Positions 16,727 through 25,606 of a stretch of DNA of 39,235 nt are shown piece after piece. The stretch lies in the IMG/VR virus record IMGVR_UViG_3300037195_001281, positions 1-39,235 of that record. The stretch is one strand, 5' to 3'. Within the stretch, counting starts at the first letter, position 1. Every line of letters begins with the position of its first letter. Below the pieces are notes generated by a model. The model did no database searches and was not told where the DNA came from. It worked only from the letters and a program-made list of their open reading frames with translations. The translations under genes and the position numbers were made by a program. The DNA comes from a virus (lineage: Duplodnaviria > Caudoviricetes).

Positions 16727-18028
16727 CTACTCCACTGCGACAAAACCGGGCGGCAACTCAGGCGACCCCGCAACAAGCGCACTGCGCGGACGTTCACGTT
16801 CGTATTCACGATTGGCGATATAGTCCTCCCAGCGCATTCTATTCTGGTTCAACGCATACGACGACGTGTCGCCAGCAAAGATTGGATTGTCTCTGAGGTA
16901 GTCTTGCCAATATTTGTCCGCCCCAATCAGGCTCCCGTTCTTCTGGTAGTACGCCTCTTTGAACCTCAATTCTTCCTGTTTGTTTTGGGCGGCAGAAATC
17001 ATGCCAAGAGCAATATTTCTGTTGGTTTCTTCTGGCTTTTCCGGGCCAATGGTCGCGGACTGGAACATCTTAACATCGCGGTCAGATGCTGCCCCGGGCA
17101 TGCCTTGCCGCATCAGCGGAGTGAGTTTGTCCCGAATGGAGTACATCTCCGCCTTGGCTGCGTCAGTGGCGGAAGAAAAAGTTTCATACCCTGGCATGCG
17201 GGTCATTACCCCACCGGTTTCCACGCCTTGATCCATGATGTTGACGAACCGCTCCGCAGATGAAGCCATTGACCCCAAGTCTTCTGCGTTTTGCTCGATA
17301 TCAGCCAAAGTTTTATAATCTGTCTCAAGGCGCGCGCGGAGCCCTTTGTCACGCTCTTTCGGGCCGAGCCGCATCATCGGATCTATCGCCGGTCCCGGCA
17401 TGTTAGAGATATACTGAGGCACATTGTCGGGCTGCGAGTCGATCTGCGCGTCAGGGCTGATCAGCTTTTTCTCGACCGCATCCCACATACCAACACCGGA
17501 AACGGGAGTGTATCGGTCGCCCGGCTTATTGATTTTGACACTCGCGATCGGGGTTGGATTTTCAGGATCGCTTACGTCGTAAAGATAATCGCCGAATTGC
17601 TTTAGTGTGTCACGCGGGTCTGTCGGTTTATACTGCTCTGCCATGGCGGTTGTAAACGCTTCCGGGTTGACATCAAACAAGCCCTGTTGTTCCGGCGGGA
17701 GGGTATTGCGATATGCCGCCTGACGTGCCCGCTGCTCCTCGCGGTCTTTGATCTTCTGCGCCGTCTGCGCGCGCACCAACTCCCTGTCCTGCATACGAGA
17801 ATGCAAATCAGCCAGTGTCAGATTGCGATTAAGCGAGTTATTCATTGCGCCTTGATACGCGCCAAAGCCTTGTGACGCACCGCGCCCAATAGCGCCTCCA
17901 AGGCTGGTTGGCACGGCAGACGGGCCGCTGGCCTGCAAAAGACCTGCCCCAAGACCAAGAAGCCCCTGAGTGATCGCATCGCGCTGATCAACGGGACCAA
18001 GAAGGCCGTACATTCCGTCGTTATTCAT
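16727..18028 (-). CDS. Putative internal virion/DNA ejection protein
   Basis: Starts MNNDGMYGLLG by TGATG coupling; GAASDRDV and terminal LPPGF motifs. Confidence 0.65.
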   Translation of the reverse strand: MNNDGMYGLLGPVDQRDAITQGLLGLGAGLLQASGPSAVPTSLGGAIGRGASQGFGAYQGAMNNSLNRNLTLADLHSRMQDRELVRAQTAQKIKDREEQRARQAAYRNTLPPEQQGLFDVNPEAFTTAMAEQYKPTDPRDTLKQFGDYLYDVSDPENPTPIASVKINKPGDRYTPVSGVGMWDAVEKKLISPDAQIDSQPDNVPQYISNMPGPAIDPMMRLGPKERDKGLRARLETDYKTLADIEQNAEDLGSMASSAERFVNIMDQGVETGGVMTRMPGYETFSSATDAAKAEMYSIRDKLTPLMRQGMPGAASDRDVKMFQSATIGPEKPEETNRNIALGMISAAQNKQEELRFKEAYYQKNGSLIGADKYWQDYLRDNPIFAGDTSSYALNQNRMRWEDYIANREYERERPRSALVAGSPELPPGFVAVE

Positions 18029-18915
18029 CACAGCATCCCCAACAGTCCGCCAGCAACCGCACCATACCCGGCCCCGGTCGTGCCTCCGATCATATTGCCG
18101 ATACCTGCCCCGGTAGCGGCAGAACCAAGAAAGTTGCCGGCATTGTTCGTATAGACCGGCGTGGTCTGCGTTCCTTGTCCACCATAGCCGCCAGAAATAA
18201 GCGCGGCATAACGACCAAGACGGTCCCAATCGCTGTTCTGCTCAAAGTTCCAGCGATTCACCCGATCAGACAGCTCCGCCTGCTGTTCCGCTTCACGCGC
18301 GGCGCCAACATTTGCAAGCATCTGCGCGTCCTGATAGCGAGCCTGAGACATACCAGGGGCCATCGCCGCAGCAGACATTTGACGTCCGCGCTCATCCTGA
18401 TAATTCTGATATGCCATATTACCCGCCATCTCAGCCATGGACCGAGAAAACGTGTCTTCGGCCTTGTTGCGCTGATTTGCGTACAGACCAGACCCGAGAC
18501 GACCTGCGGACGCAAAGCTGCTGTCGATGCTCGGCAGCGTCTGCTCGCGGAATGCCTCCCCCGCCAAGTTTGCCGCATTGTTGTACGCGCCTTGCATGTA
18601 AGGGTTGCCCGCATTCAGGAACGAACCATTCGCCGTGTTGGTGATGGCCGTCTGCGCCGCGTCCATCATCGGGTTGTCACCAGTCGCGATGTTCTGGACC
18701 TGCGACAAGGCCTGTTGCGTCTCCGGGCTGTATCCAACAACAGTGGTTTCCGGAAAATAGCTCGGGTTCCCGCTATTGTACGCAGACTGTGCTTTACCAA
18801 ACACGTCTTTAAGGTATTGCTGCTGCGGTTCCCACGGTGACGAAGAAGTTGATTGCGTGGTGTAGGTGACGTTCGATCCGGACCCACCACCAAATACGCT
18901 GTCAAGCCAGCCCAT
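18028..18915 (-). CDS. Putative DNA injection/pilot protein
   Basis: Gly/Ser-rich N-terminus, PW..QQ.YL, NPY, Gly-rich hydrophobic C-terminus. Confidence 0.65.
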   Translation of the reverse strand: MGWLDSVFGGGSGSNVTYTTQSTSSSPWEPQQQYLKDVFGKAQSAYNSGNPSYFPETTVVGYSPETQQALSQVQNIATGDNPMMDAAQTAITNTANGSFLNAGNPYMQGAYNNAANLAGEAFREQTLPSIDSSFASAGRLGSGLYANQRNKAEDTFSRSMAEMAGNMAYQNYQDERGRQMSAAAMAPGMSQARYQDAQMLANVGAAREAEQQAELSDRVNRWNFEQNSDWDRLGRYAALISGGYGGQGTQTTPVYTNNAGNFLGSAATGAGIGNMIGGTTGAGYGAVAGGLLGML

Positions 18916-20384
18916 TATCTTGCTCCTGTCTCGGAATATTCGACATTGAGGCCCTGCAAGTGGGTGTAGTTACCAGACGCCAGCATTTTGAAGCGATGAT
19001 AGCGACCTTCACTGTCCATGGGGCAGTAACCGGTTTCGTCTTGCGTTGAGTTCGCGCCGAAGCTGTCGGCGTCGGTTGTTTTGAGTTTGGAGGCAACTGC
19101 AACGGTCACGGTGCCATCCCCTGATGTGATCGGATGCACCCCGGAAACAATGCTCCGCCCTCCGCCGAGTTGGTAATTTGCTGATTGGATCTCGGCTTGG
19201 AGGTTGTCCCCGGAAAAAGTCTGGATGGCTCCGGCGGAAGAAAGGGCGGCAAACAAGGTGTTGCCACCAACCCAGATACGGGAATCAAGGGATGCCGGCA
19301 GCGCGTCAATGCTAGTGCTGATGCTGTTCAAGTCTTCGAGAGTGAGCCCCGGCACCAGCAAGCGCGCAATCACGTAAGCTGCCTGATCGATGTACGACCA
19401 CCGGTTCAAGTCCCAATTATAAATCAGCACGCGGTTTGGTGTCGTTCCGCCAAGTGTTGCCGATACGTAGGACCACGCCACATAGCGATTTGCCGGATCG
19501 ACCGCGACAGACATTTTTGCAAATTCGTTTGCGTCGGCGTCATCAAGAAACCAGCGATTGACCTTCTCGAATCCGATTGGCTGCGATTGCGCACCATCGA
19601 ACATGTAAAACCCGTCTTCGGCGAGATAAAAGACCTTGCCGCCGTGCACAGCAATGCTTTTTTCTGCCAGAACCCCTTGACTGCGTTCAACCTCTTGGAA
19701 ATCGAACACCAGCGGCGCACCAACATAGGTCATGCGCCAAATTGCATCGCGCATCAGGATAACGCCGTATTCGCCAGCCCCACTGATCGCAAGGATTTCT
19801 CCGCCGTTAAACACGTCCTGATAGTCTGACTGTGTTTCCGCGCTAATTGCCCATTGCGTCGGGCGGCCGATACCAGACCAGCGCACTCGGTACGAAGTTT
19901 CCTGATCCACACTGTCAAAGGTGTTCGCGCCAACGATGAAATCGCCGATCACAGTCACATAGCGGTATTTTGTCTCTGTCGTGAGATCAGCAAACAAAGT
20001 GCTAGTAGTCAGATCAAAGTATTGCGGATCATCAACGTAATTCGTCGCAACAATCAGGTCGCCATACTGTGCAAAATTCCAAGCCGCGGTCGTCGTGTAC
20101 CCTCCGGATTTGGAAACGTCATCCCAATCAGAGGTGCCGCTGTTGTATTTGTAGAGCTTCCCTGCATCCCCACAGAAGAAATTCACACTTCTGTCGCTGG
20201 CAATCACCGCAATCGCAGCAAGAGGAGTACTGTCTGTCGATGAAGCGGCGTATTGCGACAATTCCTTCATCGGCAGGTAACCACGCGCAGTCGGAAGAAC
20301 GTTCTTGGCAATCTCCACAAACTCGTTACCGATATCCGGCTGATCAGGCACCCATTCCTGGAAGGCAAGAGGCTTTAGCGCCAT
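18915..20384 (-). CDS. Tail hub/nozzle protein (P22 gp10 / T7 gp12-like position)
   Basis: 489-aa beta-rich protein with GRYHRF near the C-terminus, following the adaptor. Confidence 0.7.
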   Translation of the reverse strand: MALKPLAFQEWVPDQPDIGNEFVEIAKNVLPTARGYLPMKELSQYAASSTDSTPLAAIAVIASDRSVNFFCGDAGKLYKYNSGTSDWDDVSKSGGYTTTAAWNFAQYGDLIVATNYVDDPQYFDLTTSTLFADLTTETKYRYVTVIGDFIVGANTFDSVDQETSYRVRWSGIGRPTQWAISAETQSDYQDVFNGGEILAISGAGEYGVILMRDAIWRMTYVGAPLVFDFQEVERSQGVLAEKSIAVHGGKVFYLAEDGFYMFDGAQSQPIGFEKVNRWFLDDADANEFAKMSVAVDPANRYVAWSYVSATLGGTTPNRVLIYNWDLNRWSYIDQAAYVIARLLVPGLTLEDLNSISTSIDALPASLDSRIWVGGNTLFAALSSAGAIQTFSGDNLQAEIQSANYQLGGGRSIVSGVHPITSGDGTVTVAVASKLKTTDADSFGANSTQDETGYCPMDSEGRYHRFKMLASGNYTHLQGLNVEYSETGAR

Positions 20385-21022
20385 GGCGTGCGCTCCTGAA
20401 CATTTGCCCGCATTGCCAGCTTGGTGCTTGTGCGCTGACGAGCGGACTGATCGTTAAGGGACGCGATGCCTTCTTCGTATTTCTGCTTCCAGACCGGCAG
20501 CAGTGCTGTGCGTTGAATGAAAGGCTCCGCCTGGACCAAAGACCCGTACAAGTAAACGTCAGGATATCCGGTCAACAGCCAATTGGTGGCTGCACTATCT
20601 GACAGGTTCGGCACCATCAAATAATACAGAAACTCAATGTCATAGGCAGCATCCGGGGTTGGCGCTACTTTAAGCGTGGAATTGCCGATTACCGTGAATG
20701 CGCGGGGATAACCGCTCGCGTTCGTGTTGAACTCCTGCGCGAGCTTGTCGGGAGCAAGGTAATCAATCCCCCGAACCGGATCAGTCTGCAATACAGCAGA
20801 GCGCCATCCATTGTAATCGGACGGCAATGCCACAGTGGCTGTTCCCGCAACCAACGACAGTGTTGCGCTCGTCTCGGTCTGGGTCGTCGTCAGGCGGCGT
20901 CGGATATCAGCCTCAGCCAACGCAATAAAATCCTCTGTCGACGCAGCAAAGGTCGTTTCCCCCGTTCTGCGGAGCCATGTTGCAATTGCTGATTTCAGGT
21001 CTGAGAAGTTTGCGAGCGCCAT
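20375..21022 (-). CDS. Head-tail adaptor protein
   Basis: LK.AIA.WL.R...FIALAEA.I.R.L...LPSD...TNWLL..YPDVYLYGSL. Confidence 0.75.
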   Translation of the reverse strand: MALANFSDLKSAIATWLRRTGETTFAASTEDFIALAEADIRRRLTTTQTETSATLSLVAGTATVALPSDYNGWRSAVLQTDPVRGIDYLAPDKLAQEFNTNASGYPRAFTVIGNSTLKVAPTPDAAYDIEFLYYLMVPNLSDSAATNWLLTGYPDVYLYGSLVQAEPFIQRTALLPVWKQKYEEGIASLNDQSARQRTSTKLAMRANVQERTPWR

Positions 21023-21023
21023 T

Positions 21024-21389
21024 CTATTTTTCCGTATACCCTGAGACGTTAACAACCCCGACCGTTCCGCCGGTCCCGGATGCAGTCAGTTCGACATTCA
21101 ATGCAGTGCCCGGATCACAAATTAGCGGTCTGCGAAAGTCCAAATCGTATTCCTGGGTAAAATGGCGCTTCCAGATCGTGGTCGATCCAGACTTGATCGT
21201 GACCGTCATTACGCCAGAAACGGCAGACGAATAGCTGACAGAAACAGCGCTGACATAATGCTTCTGATTCTTCGCCTGACCGGTCGGAGCGGATCGGGTG
21301 GCCGTGGCTGCCGCGTTGTCGGCCTCTGCCGATACGGTCCACATGCCTCGCTCAAGCTTGGCAGCTGCATAATTCTGCGCCGTTTGCAT
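21024..21389 (-). CDS. Hypothetical structural protein
   Basis: Beta-rich; coupled within the late operon. Confidence 0.65.
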   Translation of the reverse strand: MQTAQNYAAAKLERGMWTVSAEADNAAATATRSAPTGQAKNQKHYVSAVSVSYSSAVSGVMTVTIKSGSTTIWKRHFTQEYDLDFRRPLICDPGTALNVELTASGTGGTVGVVNVSGYTEK

Positions 21390-21706
21390 CAAATATCACC
21401 AGGTGAGGTACGAAGGAACTTGTTGTCCGGGTCGTTAAGTTTGCGCCGTGTGATCTCGCGCATCTCCGGACCAAACACAGACACGCCGGCCTCACGCGCC
21501 CACTGCTCCAGAATAACCAGCGGAATACTGGCGACGTGACGCATATTCCGAGACTGCGTGTAACCGTCATGGCTGTTGAAAAGCGACTTGTTGCGCTCGA
21601 TGATCGGCTCAACGTCCTGTGTGCGCTTGACGATCAGTTTCCCATCGTCAAGGGTGGCGAGGGTGGAAATACCACCCTCGTCCTTGTCGATTTCTTCCCA
21701 AGCCAT
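21389..21706 (-). CDS. Conserved phage hypothetical protein
   Basis: QDVEPIIE.NK...RHVASIP..I.E.W...LNDPDN.FLRT. Confidence 0.75.
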   Translation of the reverse strand: MAWEEIDKDEGGISTLATLDDGKLIVKRTQDVEPIIERNKSLFNSHDGYTQSRNMRHVASIPLVILEQWAREAGVSVFGPEMREITRRKLNDPDNKFLRTSPGDI

Positions 21707-22068
21707 CAGAAGAAAGTCGTCTCTTCGATGACAAAGGTGAAGTTGGCAGAAACCGTGTTGGTCGATGCGCCATCAGTGATGACCTCGATCACGTCGCCAG
21801 CCTTAACGAAATTTGCCGCCGTCGGAGTTGCTGAATCCACATCCCCGGCAGCCGATCCGCTCTGCGTAATGGTCAGTGCCCCGCCGGTCACAGCCACGCC
21901 ATTGATTTCGGTCGTGATTGCATCATTGGCGGTCGCGATCGCACCACTGATAACGGAATAGATTTTTTTGATGTAACCGGTGGCCGGCGCGACGACATAA
22001 GCGCTGCCTGCGGTCGACACATCACTCAATCGAACGTTGAGATACTTCTGCGACAGAGGAGTGCTCAT
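21706..22068 (-). CDS. Hypothetical structural (decoration-like) protein
   Basis: Beta-rich 120 aa protein downstream of the capsid gene. Confidence 0.65.
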   Translation of the reverse strand: MSTPLSQKYLNVRLSDVSTAGSAYVVAPATGYIKKIYSVISGAIATANDAITTEINGVAVTGGALTITQSGSAAGDVDSATPTAANFVKAGDVIEVITDGASTNTVSANFTFVIEETTFF

Positions 22069-22235
22069 TTCGCCCCCGCTTTCACTTCTTCAACCTTCGG
22101 AAGCTGTTTGCCTTTATGGGCGTAACGCAGCTCGCAAAGGGTCTTGCCTTCCGCGTCCGGAACTTCAACAACATCACCCTCATGGGCTTTGCCCTTGGTC
22201 GTCCAGAGGTTCGGTACGAGAACTCGAACTTTCAT
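22065..22235 (-). CDS. 56-aa hypothetical protein (not in ORF track)
   Basis: MKVRVLVPNLWTTKGKAHEGDVVEVPDAEG...KAGAK; ATGA overlap with the next gene. Confidence 0.6.
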   Translation of the reverse strand: MKVRVLVPNLWTTKGKAHEGDVVEVPDAEGKTLCELRYAHKGKQLPKVEEVKAGAK

Positions 22236-22238
22236 AAT

Positions 22239-22262
22239 AAAAAAGGGAGGCTTTCGCCTCCC
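22239..22262 (-). terminator. Terminator after major capsid gene
   Basis: GGGAGGC-GAAA-GCCTCCC-TTTTTT. Confidence 0.8.
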
Positions 22263-22289
22263 CCTCCCTATCTTGGGTTATGCCGATGA

Positions 22290-23234
22290 TTACGATGTGG
22301 TCAGGTCGGCAACAATGCCGTGTGCAGCTTCGTTGCACATCTGAAGGGTCCACTCGACGAGGATCTGCTTGCGTTCGCTGTCACCGGTTTTTGCCAGATC
22401 CCAGGACGCCATCGGGCGCAGCATTGCGGCCTTGAACATGTCCTTCTGAAGAAGGATCGCGTCACGGGCGCGCGAGAAGCGGTTCGGAACGATGTTGATC
22501 TCGCCAAAGTCCGAAACGTAGACATCGGCAGACGCAATGATCTTCTTGTCATCAACGTCCTTGAATTTGGTCGCAACGCCGGTAAAGCCGGAAGCTTTGC
22601 GCTTGTTGAACGGACCAACGATCAGCACGTCCGGCTCGCCGCCGTTTTCCCAGCAAGACTGCATCACATCAAGAAGCAGGTCCTCGGTAAAGGCGCGCTG
22701 GGTGCCATCGGTGCGGGCATCCGTGCCGTCACCGGTCGGATCCGAGCCACTGGTGCCTGCGCTGGTGTTGGTTGCCAGCCATGCCGGAATACCGGCCAGT
22801 TCGCGCGCCGTGGTGTCGTTGCCGGCCACCTTGGCGTTGTTTGCAAACAGGCTCGCTTCCATGTCGCGCTTCAGTTCTTTGGAGCGCTTCATGACCTGAT
22901 AGTCAAGCTCATTGCCGCGACCGGCTTTTTTGACGGTGTCTTCTGTGCCGGTGGTGCGTGCAACCTTGTCCTGAATCTGGGTATAGTTGCCCAGGCGGGT
23001 GGTTGCTGCCGACGCATCGGTGGTGGCATCGTCGCCTTCGATTACGGCGTTGGTTGCCGAAGCTGCGGCAAGCGCATCGGTCTGCCACTCATGATTGGTG
23101 GCCGTGGCTTTGGTTTTCTTTGCCATGGTCATGCCCGGAGTTTCGGTCGGGCTGATGTCAAAGATGATGTCGGAAAGGTCTTCGCGGTTGCCTACGGAAT
23201 CGTAGGTCGAAAAAGTGTTACTCGGCTGTGCCAT
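22290..23234 (-). CDS. Major capsid protein (DUF5309/SU10-like)
   Basis: GNREDLSD.I..ISPTETP, HEWQTD.L, N.TQI, ELKRDME, LAKTGD motifs; follows the scaffold. Confidence 0.9.
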   Translation of the reverse strand: MAQPSNTFSTYDSVGNREDLSDIIFDISPTETPGMTMAKKTKATATNHEWQTDALAAASATNAVIEGDDATTDASAATTRLGNYTQIQDKVARTTGTEDTVKKAGRGNELDYQVMKRSKELKRDMEASLFANNAKVAGNDTTARELAGIPAWLATNTSAGTSGSDPTGDGTDARTDGTQRAFTEDLLLDVMQSCWENGGEPDVLIVGPFNKRKASGFTGVATKFKDVDDKKIIASADVYVSDFGEINIVPNRFSRARDAILLQKDMFKAAMLRPMASWDLAKTGDSERKQILVEWTLQMCNEAAHGIVADLTTS

Positions 23235-23238
23235 GAGA

Positions 23239-24231
23239 TTATCCTCGCTGCTGGCGCTTCAGTTGCATAAGCGCGACGGCGTCATCGATTGAGCCGTTGC
23301 GCTTGACCTGTTGACGCAGCGCCGTTTCCTTTTTCCGAGTGACTTGGGATTTGGTCTTTTTGGTTCCCGGCTTGACCACCGGCGGCTTGCCTTCGGCCTT
23401 TTTCTCGGCCTTGGGTTTTTTCGCCATAAGCTGGTCATAGAGCATGGCCTTGCGGATTGCTGCAATCGCGCGGCTATCACTAGCGCCTGCAAGTTCCTGC
23501 GCAGAGAAGCCCAAGACTTCCTGTCCATATTTTGCAATCGCTTTTCGCTCTTTGTCTCGGGTCGCAGGGTCCGACCACCCGGGAATAAACTCAAGCAGGC
23601 GCTCTTGCTCCTGCGCGAGATGTTTCTCGAATGCCTTCTTCTGCTGTGCAGACTGTTCCTGTCGAGTGCGTTCACGTTCCGCTCCGATGGCCTGAAGCTT
23701 TTCCTGCTCCTGCTGCCAGCGGGCGCGCTGTGCCGCGTATTCGACGGGGTCATCCTTGTAAAGACTGTCCCAATCCGGCTCTTTCCCGATGGACTGCTTA
23801 ATCAGCCCTTCGAGCATATCGAGCCGTTCGGCATAGGTTTGGCGCTGTTGGTCGACCTCGGCACGCTCTGCTTCAAAAGCTTTGCGCTCTTCGGCAAGTG
23901 CTTGGGTCTTCCGGGTGTAGTCCTCCTGACGCAGACGGCCTTTATCCCGTTCTTCCGGGGCGTCGTCTTCGTCATCATCGGACGCGGTGTCGTCTTCCTC
24001 CTCGTCGTCGGCGTCATCCTCGTCCGGATTGCCTTCGCCTTCGGGTTCGTCCTCTTCCGCCTCGGTTTCTTCGACGTCCTCCTCGAGAACGTCTTCAACC
24101 GGTTCCTCCGGCCCGTCATCACTTTCGGGTGCACCCTTGGTGTCCGATCGTGAGGCCTGCAAACGCTCAACTGCATCATCGAGCGAAATTTCACCAGTCC
24201 CTTCCGGGGTGTTGGTGTCAAGTTCGTCCAT
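23239..24231 (-). CDS. Capsid scaffolding protein
   Basis: Acidic N-terminus, LRQEDYTRKTQ.LAE, coiled coil. Confidence 0.85.
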   Translation of the reverse strand: MDELDTNTPEGTGEISLDDAVERLQASRSDTKGAPESDDGPEEPVEDVLEEDVEETEAEEDEPEGEGNPDEDDADDEEEDDTASDDDEDDAPEERDKGRLRQEDYTRKTQALAEERKAFEAERAEVDQQRQTYAERLDMLEGLIKQSIGKEPDWDSLYKDDPVEYAAQRARWQQEQEKLQAIGAERERTRQEQSAQQKKAFEKHLAQEQERLLEFIPGWSDPATRDKERKAIAKYGQEVLGFSAQELAGASDSRAIAAIRKAMLYDQLMAKKPKAEKKAEGKPPVVKPGTKKTKSQVTRKKETALRQQVKRNGSIDDAVALMQLKRQQRG

Positions 24232-24520
24232 AACTCATAACCTTATCTGTGAGTGATTGTTTGCCCTGAAGCTTTCGCTCTTGGGCCGCTGTCAACTCAC
24301 CCTCGGCGATATGAGTTTGAAGGTGAGAACGGACATCCTCCAATGCCTTGATCAGAGAGAATGCGCGCTCTCGCACATCAACCTGATCCATGCGGGTATT
24401 AACCAAGGCATCAAGGTATTGCTGCTTCACGCCTGCAAAGGCATCTGCCATCAGGTCGTGACTCATGAGCCGCACAGCTTCTGCTGCGCGCTCTTTCTTT
24501 TCCTGCGATGTAAGTGGCAT
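24218..24520 (-). CDS. Hypothetical protein
   Basis: Coupled ORF between portal and scaffold. Confidence 0.7.
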   Translation of the reverse strand: MPLTSQEKKERAAEAVRLMSHDLMADAFAGVKQQYLDALVNTRMDQVDVRERAFSLIKALEDVRSHLQTHIAEGELTAAQERKLQGKQSLTDKVMSYGRT

Positions 24521-25314
24521 CAGAGGAGGTATCTCCTATATCCGAGCTGATCGCGCCAAGCCCGCTCTTCCGGGCTGGTCGGGTCCCCCAAAAGGCCATA
24601 CTGTTTGGCTTGAAATTCGACTTGCCGCGGGCGCGCTGCCTCTACGGCAGACGGCAACGACGCAGCAGATACTGTCTGTTGCGGCTGGGGTGTCGAGACA
24701 GGCCCTTCGCGCAGCAAAGGCGGATCATCGTTCTGATCGCTTCCCGCGTAATATTGCCCGCCCTCTCCGAAATCAAAGTCCGGCAGTGAAATGTCAGGCG
24801 TAAGGTCTTCCGGGCTGTAATTGCCAGCGATTAGGTTCCCACCGAACTCACCCACCGTTCCGCCCACACCCATGCCGAGCAACCCTTCGCCAAGCACTTG
24901 CCCGATCCGCCCCGGATGACCGTAATTCACCGCGTCGAGAAGCTGCGCACCCCCAATGCTCAGGCCGAGCAACGGGTTGATCATGCTGCCGAGGGCTGCC
25001 GCGGCGCTCCCGCCATTCGACCGCAAAAATCCGCCTGGATTGTTGACGCCAAAGAAGTCTTTGAACCGCGAGGAGAATGCAGGGTCTTGGCCGGCCATCA
25101 CATCAGAGGCCGCGTTCACGCCACCCGCAAAACCGTTAAGCTCTTCAACGGCCTTGCGATCAAGCTGTTGCAGCTCGGCCAGCTTGGAGCGCCAGTTATC
25201 GCCGCCGCTATCATTTTGCTTGCCGCCACCCATTCCGTAGCCGCCGCTATCGCGAGATGCACCTCCGCTCGGGTCATCTCCGCCATATGACCCTGATCCG
25301 CCCAGACTTGGCAT
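24520..25314 (-). CDS. Gly-rich hypothetical protein with hydrophobic segments
   Basis: TGATG coupling at both ends. Confidence 0.65.
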   Translation of the reverse strand: MPSLGGSGSYGGDDPSGGASRDSGGYGMGGGKQNDSGGDNWRSKLAELQQLDRKAVEELNGFAGGVNAASDVMAGQDPAFSSRFKDFFGVNNPGGFLRSNGGSAAAALGSMINPLLGLSIGGAQLLDAVNYGHPGRIGQVLGEGLLGMGVGGTVGEFGGNLIAGNYSPEDLTPDISLPDFDFGEGGQYYAGSDQNDDPPLLREGPVSTPQPQQTVSAASLPSAVEAARPRQVEFQAKQYGLLGDPTSPEERAWRDQLGYRRYLL

Positions 25315-25601
25315 CAGACCACCTGCCCAACGGTAACGTATACCGTGCCGGTCCCGCTCGCCAGAATAACGGCCACGTCTTCACCGCCCGGCCATTCAAG
25401 ATTGACAGCGGCACCTGCCGGGATCGGAACCCCGGCAGCGGTAGCGGTCCCTGCAAACCGGAAGAACGCTGCGCTTGCTGCCGCGTTGTAAACACGCGCG
25501 ACCACGCCTTTGCCCGGCGCAACGTCCGATCCTGTCGTGGTCGTTGCCGTGGTTGTTGATGCGCTGATCGCGACCGTATCGGCCAGTTGCTGGAATGCCA
25601 T
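25314..25601 (-). CDS. Hypothetical structural protein
   Basis: GGAG RBS; beta-rich. Confidence 0.65.
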   Translation of the reverse strand: MAFQQLADTVAISASTTTATTTTGSDVAPGKGVVARVYNAAASAAFFRFAGTATAAGVPIPAGAAVNLEWPGGEDVAVILASGTGTVYVTVGQVV

Positions 25602-25606
25602 ATGTC

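Noticed and set aside
16727-18229. Track N-terminal extensions (also 11585, 12815, 13710, 33040, 34638, 35594, 37076)
   Set aside because: They overlap upstream genes or structured regions; downstream starts have an RBS or stop-start coupling.
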